From an uncultured Spirochaetales bacterium (lineage in GTDB: Bacteria; Spirochaetota; Spirochaetia; Sphaerochaetales; Sphaerochaetaceae): a stretch of DNA of 64,000 bases. Shown here one piece after another: positions 1 through 8,128 of this stretch. Both the position numbers and the translations under genes were made by a program. The stretch spans positions 8,685-72,684 of the forward strand of contig CASFDW010000003.1 in assembly GCA_949293595.1 (NCBI GenBank), read 5' to 3'. Under the pieces are notes generated by a model. The model saw nothing but the letters and a program-made list of their open reading frames with translations, made no database searches and had not been told where the DNA came from. How positions within the stretch are numbered: the stretch's first letter is position 1; each line of letters opens with the position of its first letter.

Positions 1-567
1 TTTCCGTTCGACTGCACATTCGAGATGTCGTATATCCTCCTTTCCGACGGGATAGACATGGTCGCAAGGATCATCAACCGGTCCAAATGCGGGATGATCT
101 ATACCTACGGAGGCCATCCGGGCTTCAACGTGCCGTTGGAGAAGGGACTGTCCTTCGACGATTACCATCTTTATTTCCCAGAAGCGGGAAAGAAGGTCTA
201 CAGGAAGCTTTTCGGGCCTAATTTCCTCGACTCCGGGATGAAGGAGGAGTTTTCACTTCCTAACGGACGTCTGGATCTCACTCATTCGCTTTTCGACAAC
301 GACGCAGTCGTTTTGGAGAATTCAGGATCTGTCGTGGAGATAGGAAGCGACAAGGGCGAGCGCTCGGTCGTCGTGACCTACGAAGGGTTCCCGTACTGTG
401 GATTCTGGCATGCGATGCAGAAGGATGCACCATATGTCTGTGTCGAGCCGTGGATGAGCATGCCGGGGCCTGAAGGACGCACTCTTGTCCTCGAGGAGAA
501 AAAGGATTTCATCCGTCTGGAGGCGGGCGGGATCAACGAGCACAGGATCGGAATCCGTCTGAAATGA
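1..567 (+). CDS. aldose 1-epimerase (galactose mutarotase-like) family protein, probably 5'-truncated by window edge
   Basis: Frame 1 is open from nt 1, with no stop before the ATG at 25, so the gene probably starts upstream. The C-terminal region FPYCGFWH...APYVCVEPWMSMPG resembles aldose 1-epimerase/LacX family proteins. Confidence 0.6.
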   Translation, partial: FPFDCTFEMSYILLSDGIDMVARIINRSKCGMIYTYGGHPGFNVPLEKGLSFDDYHLYFPEAGKKVYRKLFGPNFLDSGMKEEFSLPNGRLDLTHSLFDNDAVVLENSGSVVEIGSDKGERSVVVTYEGFPYCGFWHAMQKDAPYVCVEPWMSMPGPEGRTLVLEEKKDFIRLEAGGINEHRIGIRLK

Positions 568-1967
568 ACGATTTGATATTCCTGCTCAGCGCCCTTTCCG
601 GGGCGCTGTCCATTGTTCTGCTTTTTTTATTGGCGCTTCTCCTCAGGAAATCCGGAAGGAAGGGGCCTTCCTCCAATGACGAGATCAAATCCTTCATCCT
701 CGATGAGAACGAGAGGATGAAGGGATATATGGATTCGCATTTTTCCATCCAGAACAAGAACAGCCTCGATTTCTCGAGGATGGCATCGGAGCATCTGGAC
801 AAGGTACGTGTCGCCACCTCCGATGCCTCGATACGGATGATGCAGGAGCAGAAGGAGACGGCCCGGAGCATTGATGCTTCACTTGAAAAGCTTCAGAAGG
901 GTCTTCAGCTTGAGATGGAGAAGGAGCGCCAGGAGGGAATCAACAACCGGAAAAGCATGGAGGATGCCATAGCCGGCTTGACCAAGGGCGTGCGCGAGGA
1001 GCTTGAACGGATAAGGGGCGACAATGAGAAGAAGCTCGATCTTATTCGGAACACCGTTGATGAAAAGCTGCAGGATACCCTGGAGAAGAGGATTTCCGCA
1101 TCCTTTGAGATGGTGACCAACAATCTCAACCAGCTCAGGCAGGCCCTTGGTGAGATCAACAAGCTGAGCAAGGACGTCGGGGATCTGAACAAGCTTTTCG
1201 GCAATGTGAAGTCCAGGGGTGTCTGGGGGGAGGTGCAGGTGGAGGCCATTCTGTCCGACATGCTTTCTCCGGAGCAGTATGAAAAGAATTTCCGTCCGCG
1301 CAGGAGCAGCCAGGAGGTTGTCGAATTCGCAATCAAGCTTCCGGGAAAGGATGAGGGCTCGGTGTACATCCCGATAGATTCGAAATTTCCCAAGGAGGAT
1401 TATGAAAGATATGTCGATGCCCTCGGTCAGGGGGATATGGAGCTTGTGCAGGTTTGTCTCAAGGCCCTCGGCGAGCGGGTTAGGAAGGAGGCCTCCGACA
1501 TAAGGGAGAAGTACATATATCCGCCGAGGACGACCGATTTCGCGATTCTCTTCGTTCCGACGGAAAGCCTTTATGCGGAGCTGCTGCGCATGCCCGGATA
1601 TGCCGAGGACATCCAGCAGAAATACAAGGTGATAATAAGCGGGCCAACAACGTTCTCCGCATTGGTCACGAGCCTTCAGATGGGATTCAGGACACTTCAG
1701 ATAGAGAAGAAGACGCAGAAGGTATGGGATATCTTCGCCCAGATAAAGCTGCAGATGATGCGTTTCTCAAGAGACCTCGAACAGACGCAGAAGGCCATCG
1801 GAAGTGCTGGAAAGAGGATAGACGATGTCATCAAACGCAACATGATGATTTCGAGCAAGCTCGAGAGGATAGAGCTCCCGGAAGAAAGCGTTCAAAACGC
1901 CGGAATCGGCGATGATGCGGCCGGCGATATGCCGCTTTTTGATGATGGAGAAAATCAAACTGTATAA
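564..1967 (+). CDS. rmuC: DNA recombination protein RmuC
   Basis: 467 aa with an N-terminal TM helix and a long coiled coil. The RmuC-type C-terminal region follows (VWGEVQVEAILSDML, FAILFVPTESLYAELL). ATGA overlap with the upstream ORF. Confidence 0.85.
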   Translation: MNDLIFLLSALSGALSIVLLFLLALLLRKSGRKGPSSNDEIKSFILDENERMKGYMDSHFSIQNKNSLDFSRMASEHLDKVRVATSDASIRMMQEQKETARSIDASLEKLQKGLQLEMEKERQEGINNRKSMEDAIAGLTKGVREELERIRGDNEKKLDLIRNTVDEKLQDTLEKRISASFEMVTNNLNQLRQALGEINKLSKDVGDLNKLFGNVKSRGVWGEVQVEAILSDMLSPEQYEKNFRPRRSSQEVVEFAIKLPGKDEGSVYIPIDSKFPKEDYERYVDALGQGDMELVQVCLKALGERVRKEASDIREKYIYPPRTTDFAILFVPTESLYAELLRMPGYAEDIQQKYKVIISGPTTFSALVTSLQMGFRTLQIEKKTQKVWDIFAQIKLQMMRFSRDLEQTQKAIGSAGKRIDDVIKRNMMISSKLERIELPEESVQNAGIGDDAAGDMPLFDDGENQTV

Positions 1968-1970
1968 AAA

Positions 1971-2005
1971 TGCGATAAATATTGACATTGATTGCATAAA
2001 TATGT
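1971..2005. promoter_or_regulatory. candidate tandem ARG-box-like operator upstream of argF
   Basis: TGCGATAAATATTG (1971-1984) and TTGCATAAATATGT (1992-2005) share the core ATAAATAT exactly 21 bp apart. They bracket a TTGACA hexamer (1982-1987). Confidence 0.3.
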
Positions 2006-2032
2006 AGCCTAAACGCTATAAGGAGCATTTTT

Positions 2033-3046
2033 ATGAATTTGAAAGGTAGGAGTTTTCTCACACTTCTGGATTATTCCAAAGAGGAGATCCTTTACTTGCT
2101 CGACCTTGCGCGTGAGCTGAAGGCGAAAAAGAAGGGACTTCCCCATTCCGCAGGGGTCGACGGGCAGCTGCTTTGCGGCAAGAACATCGTTTTGATTTTC
2201 GACAAGACCAGCACCAGGACAAGATGCTCCTTCGAGACGGCCGCATACGACGAAGGGGCCCATGTGACATATCTGAGCAATTCCCAGATGGGCAAGAAGG
2301 AGTCGCTCGAGGATACGGCAAAGGTTCTGGGACGCCTGTACGACGGAATAGAATACAGGGGGTTCGAGCAGAAGGTTGTCGAGGATCTTCAGAGGTTTTC
2401 TGGAATACCCGTATGGAACGGTCTGACCGACATCGATCATCCGACACAGTTTCTGGCGGACATGATGACGGCGGTGGAGCATACAGGAAAGAACCCGTCC
2501 GGGATAAAGATCGCATATGTGGGGGATGGAAGGAACAATGTTGCCAATGCCCTGATGATCGGATGTGCAAAGCTGGGTGCCGGATATTCCGTCGCCACGC
2601 CGCAGCCGCTGCATCCGGATGCCGGGCTGTTGTCGGAATGCATGGCTTTGGCCTCGTCTTCCGGTTCGGTGATAACGGTCACGGAGGATCCTCTCGAGGC
2701 GGTCAAGGGCGCCGATGTCGTCTATACGGATATCTGGTGCTCGATGGGGGAGGAGGACAAGATGGCAGAACGCATCGCCCTCTTGAAGCCCTACCAGGTG
2801 ACGCTGGATCTTCTGAAGGCCAGTGGCAACGACGGTGTTGTTTTCGAGCACTGCCTGCCATCGTTCCATGATCTGAATACGACGATAGGCAGACAGGTGT
2901 ACGAGAAGTTCGGTCTCACGGAGATGGAGGTTACCGACGAGGTCTTCAGAAGCGGCGCATCGGTTGTTTTCGACGAGGCTGAGAACAGGATGCATACTAT
3001 CAAGGCCGTGATGGTTGCGACGCTTTCCGACAAACTTTCTTATTGA
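2033..3046 (+). CDS. argF: ornithine carbamoyltransferase
   Basis: 337 aa carrying all OTCase signatures: [22 protein letters not shown] and [16 protein letters not shown] upstream. Confidence 0.9.
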   Translation: MNLKGRSFLTLLDYSKEEILYLLDLARELKAKKKGLPHSAGVDGQLLCGKNIVLIFDKTSTRTRCSFETAAYDEGAHVTYLSNSQMGKKESLEDTAKVLGRLYDGIEYRGFEQKVVEDLQRFSGIPVWNGLTDIDHPTQFLADMMTAVEHTGKNPSGIKIAYVGDGRNNVANALMIGCAKLGAGYSVATPQPLHPDAGLLSECMALASSSGSVITVTEDPLEAVKGADVVYTDIWCSMGEEDKMAERIALLKPYQVTLDLLKASGNDGVVFEHCLPSFHDLNTTIGRQVYEKFGLTEMEVTDEVFRSGASVVFDEAENRMHTIKAVMVATLSDKLSY

Positions 3047-3049
3047 CTG

Positions 3050-3083
3050 AAAAAAAGGGCTGTGACAAATGTCGCAGCCCTTT
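3050..3083. terminator. bidirectional intrinsic terminator between convergent argF and dfx
   Basis: 13-bp stem AAAGGGCTGTGAC/GTCGCAGCCCTTT with loop AAAT. It is flanked by an A7 run on the left (a U7 tract for the minus-strand transcript) and TTT on the right. Confidence 0.7.
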
Positions 3084-3100
3084 GATCATGGAAGCCTTTC

Positions 3101-3448
3101 TCAGATTTCCATCCTGTACATGCCGTGAAGGTTGCAGTGCCAGTAGATCTCTCCCTTCTTTTCCTCGGGGATTTCAAAGACGACCTCCTCATCGGCATGA
3201 TAGGTCCTCATCACCACCTCGTCCTTGCAGACATACGCGATGAAGGTGAAGTAGTGCTCCTTTGTCTGCGGATGATGCATCCTGAAGATGCGCTTTCCAT
3301 TTTCGACACTTACGTCGAGTTTATGTTTTTCATTCGGGTCCTGCGTCACCTCGAGCGCCTGCCATTCCTGGCCGCAGCAGTTCACGCTGGCTTTCCTCAT
3401 GGATTCAAATACGTTTCCACATTCGCTGCAGAAATAGAAATTAGCCAT
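3101..3448 (-). CDS. dfx: desulfoferrodoxin-type superoxide reductase
   Basis: 115 aa. The N-terminal desulforedoxin-like Cys pattern is CxxC...CC (C7, C10, C24, C25). Centre II ligand motifs are EKH, HHPQTKEH and C-NL-H near the C-terminus. AAGGAGAC RBS. Confidence 0.8.
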   Translation of the reverse strand: MANFYFCSECGNVFESMRKASVNCCGQEWQALEVTQDPNEKHKLDVSVENGKRIFRMHHPQTKEHYFTFIAYVCKDEVVMRTYHADEEVVFEIPEEKKGEIYWHCNLHGMYRMEI

Positions 3449-3503
3449 TTGTCATAGTCTCCTTGTGTCTATAAGATAATAGGAAAAAGATACATAGTCA
3501 ATA

Positions 3504-3543
3504 TGATAATTAATATTAATAAATATTTGATATTGTTATTAAT
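3504..3543. promoter_or_regulatory. two AT-rich TGATA...TATTAAT boxes (Fur/PerR-like or TetR operator) in the dfx/tetR divergent region
   Basis: TGATAATTAATATTAAT (3504-3520) includes the perfect palindrome ATTAATATTAAT. A second copy, TGATATTGTTATTAAT, lies at 3528-3543. The first matches 12/14 positions of TGATAATnATTATCA. Confidence 0.3.
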
Positions 3544-3582
3544 CTTATTTTTAACATCTCTCTTTATCTTTGTCAGAAAAGA

Positions 3583-4197
3583 ATGTATTATTTTGGCATG
3601 CCGAAGAAAATTGACCATGAAGAAAGGAAGGAAACCATTTTGAAGACCGCTCTGGCTGTATTTGCCGAGGTGGGGTACAAGGAAGCCAATCTTTCACTTA
3701 TCGCCGAACGCTGCGGGATAAGCAGGCCGACGATCTACCAGTATTTCAAGGACAAGGATGAAATATACTATTATGCGGTCAAACTTGTAACCGGCAGGCT
3801 TTTTATGGAACTGAGCTCGATTGCGTTTTCTGCCGGAGACGGCGACGAGATCGACAGGATAATCAGGATCTGCACGCTCATAATGGACCACGCTATCGCA
3901 TCCGAGGCCGAGCTTACAAGACTGATGGAGGTCATGCTGCATCAGAAGGAGTTCAACAAGGATTTCTCTCAGATAATCTACAAGAGGACGGCGAAGCTCT
4001 CCATCCTTTTCAAGCGTCTTCTTTCACGGGGCATGCAGGCAGGAAGGATAAAGAGGGAGTTCGATCCGGACATGGTGACCAAGCACATCTTCACGCTTAT
4101 GGAATCCTTCTGCTTCCAGATAGCCTTTTTCAAGAATTTCAACAGGGAGGAGTCCTTGGATTTCCTGGCCACGTACCTGGTGTTCCTGCGGGCCTAG
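3583..4197 (+). CDS. TetR/AcrR family transcriptional regulator
   Basis: 204 aa with the N-terminal TetR HTH (ILKTALAVFAEVGYKEANLSLIAERCGISRPTIYQYFKDKDEIY). The start could alternatively be the ATG at 3598. Confidence 0.85.
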   Translation: MYYFGMPKKIDHEERKETILKTALAVFAEVGYKEANLSLIAERCGISRPTIYQYFKDKDEIYYYAVKLVTGRLFMELSSIAFSAGDGDEIDRIIRICTLIMDHAIASEAELTRLMEVMLHQKEFNKDFSQIIYKRTAKLSILFKRLLSRGMQAGRIKREFDPDMVTKHIFTLMESFCFQIAFFKNFNREESLDFLATYLVFLRA

Positions 4198-4271
4198 GGC
4201 TGTTGCCGATTTCACCTTTTCTGCTTAAATTCATTTTGTGTGTCGATGCTTCCGTTTTTTGGAGGTGAAAA

Positions 4272-6824
4272 ATGAATTTTGACAAATATACTTTGAAAAT
4301 GCAGGAGGCGGTCAATGCCGCCGTATCGCTTGCCGAGGAAAAACAGTCCGGGGAAATAACGAGCGCCCATGTCCTGCTGCCATTGATCGGGGACGAGGAC
4401 GGCATAATCCGTCCGCTTTTGGAAAAAATCGGCGTTTCCGTGGAGTCCCTGGTATCAGATCTTTCCAATTATCTGGACAACCTGCCAAAGAGTTACGGCC
4501 AGGTAAACAGGAACATATCCCGTGACCTGCAGCGCGTTCTCATGTCTGCAGAGAAGATCAGCACGGAGTTCAAGGACGAGTACATCTCCTCCGAGCATTT
4601 CCTGCTGGCGGTCCTGAAGAACGACTCCGGCATAGGGCCGATACTCAAGAACAACGGAATAGGTGAGAAGGAGATACTCGAGGCGCTCAAGTCCATAAGA
4701 GGTGACAGGCGGGTGACCTCCAACGATCCTGAAAGCGGGTACAAGAGCCTGGAGAAATACTGCAGGGACATGACCAGACTGGCACGTGAGGACAAGCTCG
4801 ATCCCGTGATCGGAAGGGATGAGGAGATAAGGCGTGTCATGCAGGTTCTGTGCAGGAGGACCAAGAACAATCCCGTCCTCATAGGAGAACCGGGTGTCGG
4901 AAAGACGGCTATCGTGGAAGGACTGGCCCTGAGGATTGCAAAGGGTGACGTACCGGACACCCTCAGGGACAAGCGGCTGCTGTCCCTCGATCTCGGTGCC
5001 CTTGTCGCTGGTGCGAAATACCGCGGTGAATTCGAGGAGAGGCTGAAGGGTGTCGTCACCGATATCGCAAAGAGCAACGGCAACATAATCCTCTTCATAG
5101 ACGAGCTCCACACCATTGTCGGAGCGGGGGCTGCGGAAGGCAGCACCGATGCCTCGAACCTGATCAAGCCGGCCCTTGCAAGGGGCGAGCTCCATGCGAT
5201 AGGAGCGACCACTCTTGATGAATACAGGAAATACATCGAAAAGGACAAGGCCCTCGAGCGGAGGTTCCAGCCTGTTTATACGAAGGAGCCGAGCGTGGAG
5301 GACACCATCTCCATACTCCGTGGACTGAAGAACAAGTACGAGGTCCATCACGGTGTCAGGATCAAGGACGAGGCCCTTGTTTCGGCGGCGGTGCTTTCGG
5401 ACAGGTATCTGACCAACAGATTCCTGCCGGACAAGGCCATAGATCTTGTCGACGAGGCGGCCTCCAAGACGAAGATGGCTCTCGAAAGCCAGCCTGAGGA
5501 ACTCGACAGTCTCGAAAGGAAGATCCTGCAGCTCAACATCGAGAAGCAGGCGCTTGGCCACGAGGATGACAATGCCAGTCTTGAAAGGCTCAGGAAGATC
5601 GACGAGGAACTGGCAGGGCTTCAGGAAAAATTCGATGCGCTTCATCTGAAATATGTCAATGCAAAGACCGCGATCTCCGATCTCCGAGAAAAAAAGGCCG
5701 AACTCGAGAAACTGCATTCCCAGGAGGAGCAGGCCGAGAGGGACGGCGATCTCGCAAGGGCCGCAATGATCAAGCATGGGGAGATTCCCGAAAAGGAAAA
5801 GGAGCTCAAAAGTGCCGAGGAGAAGGTCCAGGGGCTTGGAGGAATACTCAAGGAAGAGGTCACCGAGGACGACATTGCAAAGGTCGTGTCGCTGTGGACA
5901 GGGGTTCCCGTGGCAAAGATGATGGGCAGCGAAAGGGAGAAGTACCTCAACCTCGAGAAAACCCTTTCCGGCAAGGTCGTCGGGCAGGATGAGGCGATAA
6001 TTGCCGTCAGCAATGCCATACGCAGGAACAAGGCCGGAATATCGGACGAGCACAGGCCTTTGGGCTCATTCCTGTTCGCAGGCCCCACCGGTGTTGGCAA
6101 GACCCTTCTGGCCAAGGAGCTCGCATCTCTTCTTTTCGACGACGAGAAGGCGCTTACCAGGATAGACATGAGCGAGTATATGGAAAAGTTCTCGGTCTCG
6201 CGTCTCATCGGAGCACCTCCCGGATATGTCGGATACGACCAGGGCGGTCAGCTCACCGAGGTCGTCAGGCGGAGACCTTATTCCGTCATACTCTTCGACG
6301 AGATCGAAAAAGCGCATCCCGACGTTTTCAATATCCTCTTGCAGGTGCTGGACGACGGAAGGCTCACCGATGGCCAGGGCAGGGTGGTCGACTTTACGAA
6401 CACCGTCATAATAATGACCAGCAACCTCGGTTCCGAGTATGTCCTGAGGGATGACGAGAATGCCAGGGCGCAGGTCATGGCGGCGATCAAGGGAGCGTTC
6501 AAACCCGAGTTCATAAACCGTATCGACGAGATCATTGTCTTCCATCCCCTCGGAGAGGAGCAGATCAGGACGATAGTCAGACTGCAGCTCGACGAGCTCA
6601 AGGAAAGGCTTGAGAGGAAGAACCTTCATCTCGAGTGGACGAAGGAGGTCGAGGACATGGTCATGAAGGCAGGCTTCGATCCCACGTTCGGGGCACGACC
6701 GATAAGGAGGGCCGTACAGAACAACATCGAGAACCCGCTTTCGGTGTCTCTTCTCAAGGGCGGGTGGCCGGAGGGCAAGACCATACGGCTTTCAATGTCC
6801 GCCGGTCAGCTTGTCATCGAGTAA
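4272..6824 (+). CDS. clpB: ATP-dependent chaperone ClpB
   Basis: 850 aa with two AAA+ Walker A motifs ([15 protein letters not shown] and [15 protein letters not shown]) and the long middle coiled-coil domain typical of ClpB. GGAGGTG RBS. Confidence 0.97.
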   Translation: MNFDKYTLKMQEAVNAAVSLAEEKQSGEITSAHVLLPLIGDEDGIIRPLLEKIGVSVESLVSDLSNYLDNLPKSYGQVNRNISRDLQRVLMSAEKISTEFKDEYISSEHFLLAVLKNDSGIGPILKNNGIGEKEILEALKSIRGDRRVTSNDPESGYKSLEKYCRDMTRLAREDKLDPVIGRDEEIRRVMQVLCRRTKNNPVLIGEPGVGKTAIVEGLALRIAKGDVPDTLRDKRLLSLDLGALVAGAKYRGEFEERLKGVVTDIAKSNGNIILFIDELHTIVGAGAAEGSTDASNLIKPALARGELHAIGATTLDEYRKYIEKDKALERRFQPVYTKEPSVEDTISILRGLKNKYEVHHGVRIKDEALVSAAVLSDRYLTNRFLPDKAIDLVDEAASKTKMALESQPEELDSLERKILQLNIEKQALGHEDDNASLERLRKIDEELAGLQEKFDALHLKYVNAKTAISDLREKKAELEKLHSQEEQAERDGDLARAAMIKHGEIPEKEKELKSAEEKVQGLGGILKEEVTEDDIAKVVSLWTGVPVAKMMGSEREKYLNLEKTLSGKVVGQDEAIIAVSNAIRRNKAGISDEHRPLGSFLFAGPTGVGKTLLAKELASLLFDDEKALTRIDMSEYMEKFSVSRLIGAPPGYVGYDQGGQLTEVVRRRPYSVILFDEIEKAHPDVFNILLQVLDDGRLTDGQGRVVDFTNTVIIMTSNLGSEYVLRDDENARAQVMAAIKGAFKPEFINRIDEIIVFHPLGEEQIRTIVRLQLDELKERLERKNLHLEWTKEVEDMVMKAGFDPTFGARPIRRAVQNNIENPLSVSLLKGGWPEGKTIRLSMSAGQLVIE

Positions 6825-7353
6825 CGCTTGGTAGAGCTCTGGAATGTCCGTATCGAACACGGTTCCGTAGGAGCCGTGGTATGTGAGGCATCCCACGTCC
6901 GCCAGAAATTCCTTGAACGGCCTCGGATCGTTTCTGAGGCCGTTTGTTTTTTCCTTCGACACGAATACCGGATGTCCGGGGATCTTGCCGAACCGGACGG
7001 CATGCGCCGCACCTGCCAAGCAGCTTCTTGCCTTTCTCGAAATCATCGTCGGTGAGAAGCGGCAGATCCCCCGGAAGTATTGCGACATCATCGCATATCC
7101 CTTCGAGTCCGGCTATGGTGCTGCTTCTCTGCCCTTTTTCAAAGTCCGGGTTGTATTTCATGGTGACATCGTAGGATGAAAGTATCCTTTCCACCTTCTC
7201 TTTTTCATATCCGAGCACGCAGACGACGTTGTCGCTGTGTCTTGCCGCAATGGCGAGCGGGTGTTCGAACAGGGCTTTTCCCTTATATGGCAGCAACAGT
7301 TTGTTCCTGCCCATCCTTGTTGAAAGCCCTGCAAGCAGAAGAATCGTCGTCAT
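6792..7353 (-). pseudogene. MobA/MocA-like nucleotidyltransferase, apparently frameshifted
   Basis: The N-terminal frame (7353 down to about 7020) reads MTTILLLAGLSTRMGRNKLLLPY..LPGDLPLL and then decays into Arg/Gly-rich nonsense. A second frame (ORF 6792..7091) carries the expected C-terminal part AAHAVRFGKIPGHPVFVSKE...DIPELYQAL. Confidence 0.55.
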
Positions 7354-7406
7354 ACACGATATTCTAATCTTGAAAACGATAAAATAAAAGTTTTAATCTT
7401 CTTTCC

Positions 7407-8090
7407 ATGGGTGCGACGATAATCAATGCGGTGGCTGTTGTCCTGGGAGCCACCGTGGGACTTGTATTCAAATCCAGGATCGGAGAGGATTTCAAAAAGA
7501 TAGTGATGGTTTCTGCCGGACTGGTCACCCTTGTGCTCGGTCTCGACATGGCGGTTTCGTCCTCGGAGACGCTGGTCATATTGTTTTCACTGATTTTCGG
7601 AGGTTTCATTGGAACGTGGCTGCGGATAGAGGATCGCGTCGAAGGCCTGGGCAACAGATTCGCAGGGGAGGGGGACTCATCCTTCGGCATGGCTTTCCTT
7701 AATTCCTCGCTCCTTTTCTGCTCCGGGGCCATGAGCATCGTAGGAAGCATCGAGGCCGGTACCGGGCAGGGATGGAACCTGATACTTGTAAAGAGCGTCA
7801 TGGACGGCTTCATGGCCATTGTTTTCGCCGCAGCGTATGGCAAGGGGGTTTATCTTTCAGCCCTTACCATAATTGTCTACCAGGGCTTCTTCACCCTTGC
7901 AGGAGCCTGGATATCCCCGTTGCTTGGCGACGAGGGAATCGCTGTGATCAGTGCGAGCGGAGGATTCCTTCTCCTGATGCTTGCCCTGGGACTCCTCGAG
8001 GTGAAAAAAATAAAGACCGGGAATTTTCTCCCGGCCCTTGTGCTGGCTCCGGTACTTCTTTATGCCAGCTCTTTTTTCAACATGATTTGA
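7407..8090 (+). CDS. DUF554 family membrane protein (YdfK-like)
   Basis: 227 aa polytopic membrane protein. Conserved DUF554-like stretches: MGATIINAVAVVLGATVG, LLFCSGAMSIVGSIEAG and LEVKKIKTGNFLPALVLAP. Confidence 0.75.
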   Translation: MGATIINAVAVVLGATVGLVFKSRIGEDFKKIVMVSAGLVTLVLGLDMAVSSSETLVILFSLIFGGFIGTWLRIEDRVEGLGNRFAGEGDSSFGMAFLNSSLLFCSGAMSIVGSIEAGTGQGWNLILVKSVMDGFMAIVFAAAYGKGVYLSALTIIVYQGFFTLAGAWISPLLGDEGIAVISASGGFLLLMLALGLLEVKKIKTGNFLPALVLAPVLLYASSFFNMI

Positions 8091-8104
8091 ACGGTCTCCG
8101 ATGG

Positions 8105-8128
8105 ACGGGGGGCGATCCCCCCGTTTTT
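8105..8128 (+). terminator. intrinsic terminator after the DUF554 gene
   Basis: 8-bp GC stem ACGGGGGG/CCCCCCGT with loop CGAT, followed by TTTT. It abuts the stop codon of convergent glgP. Confidence 0.6.
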
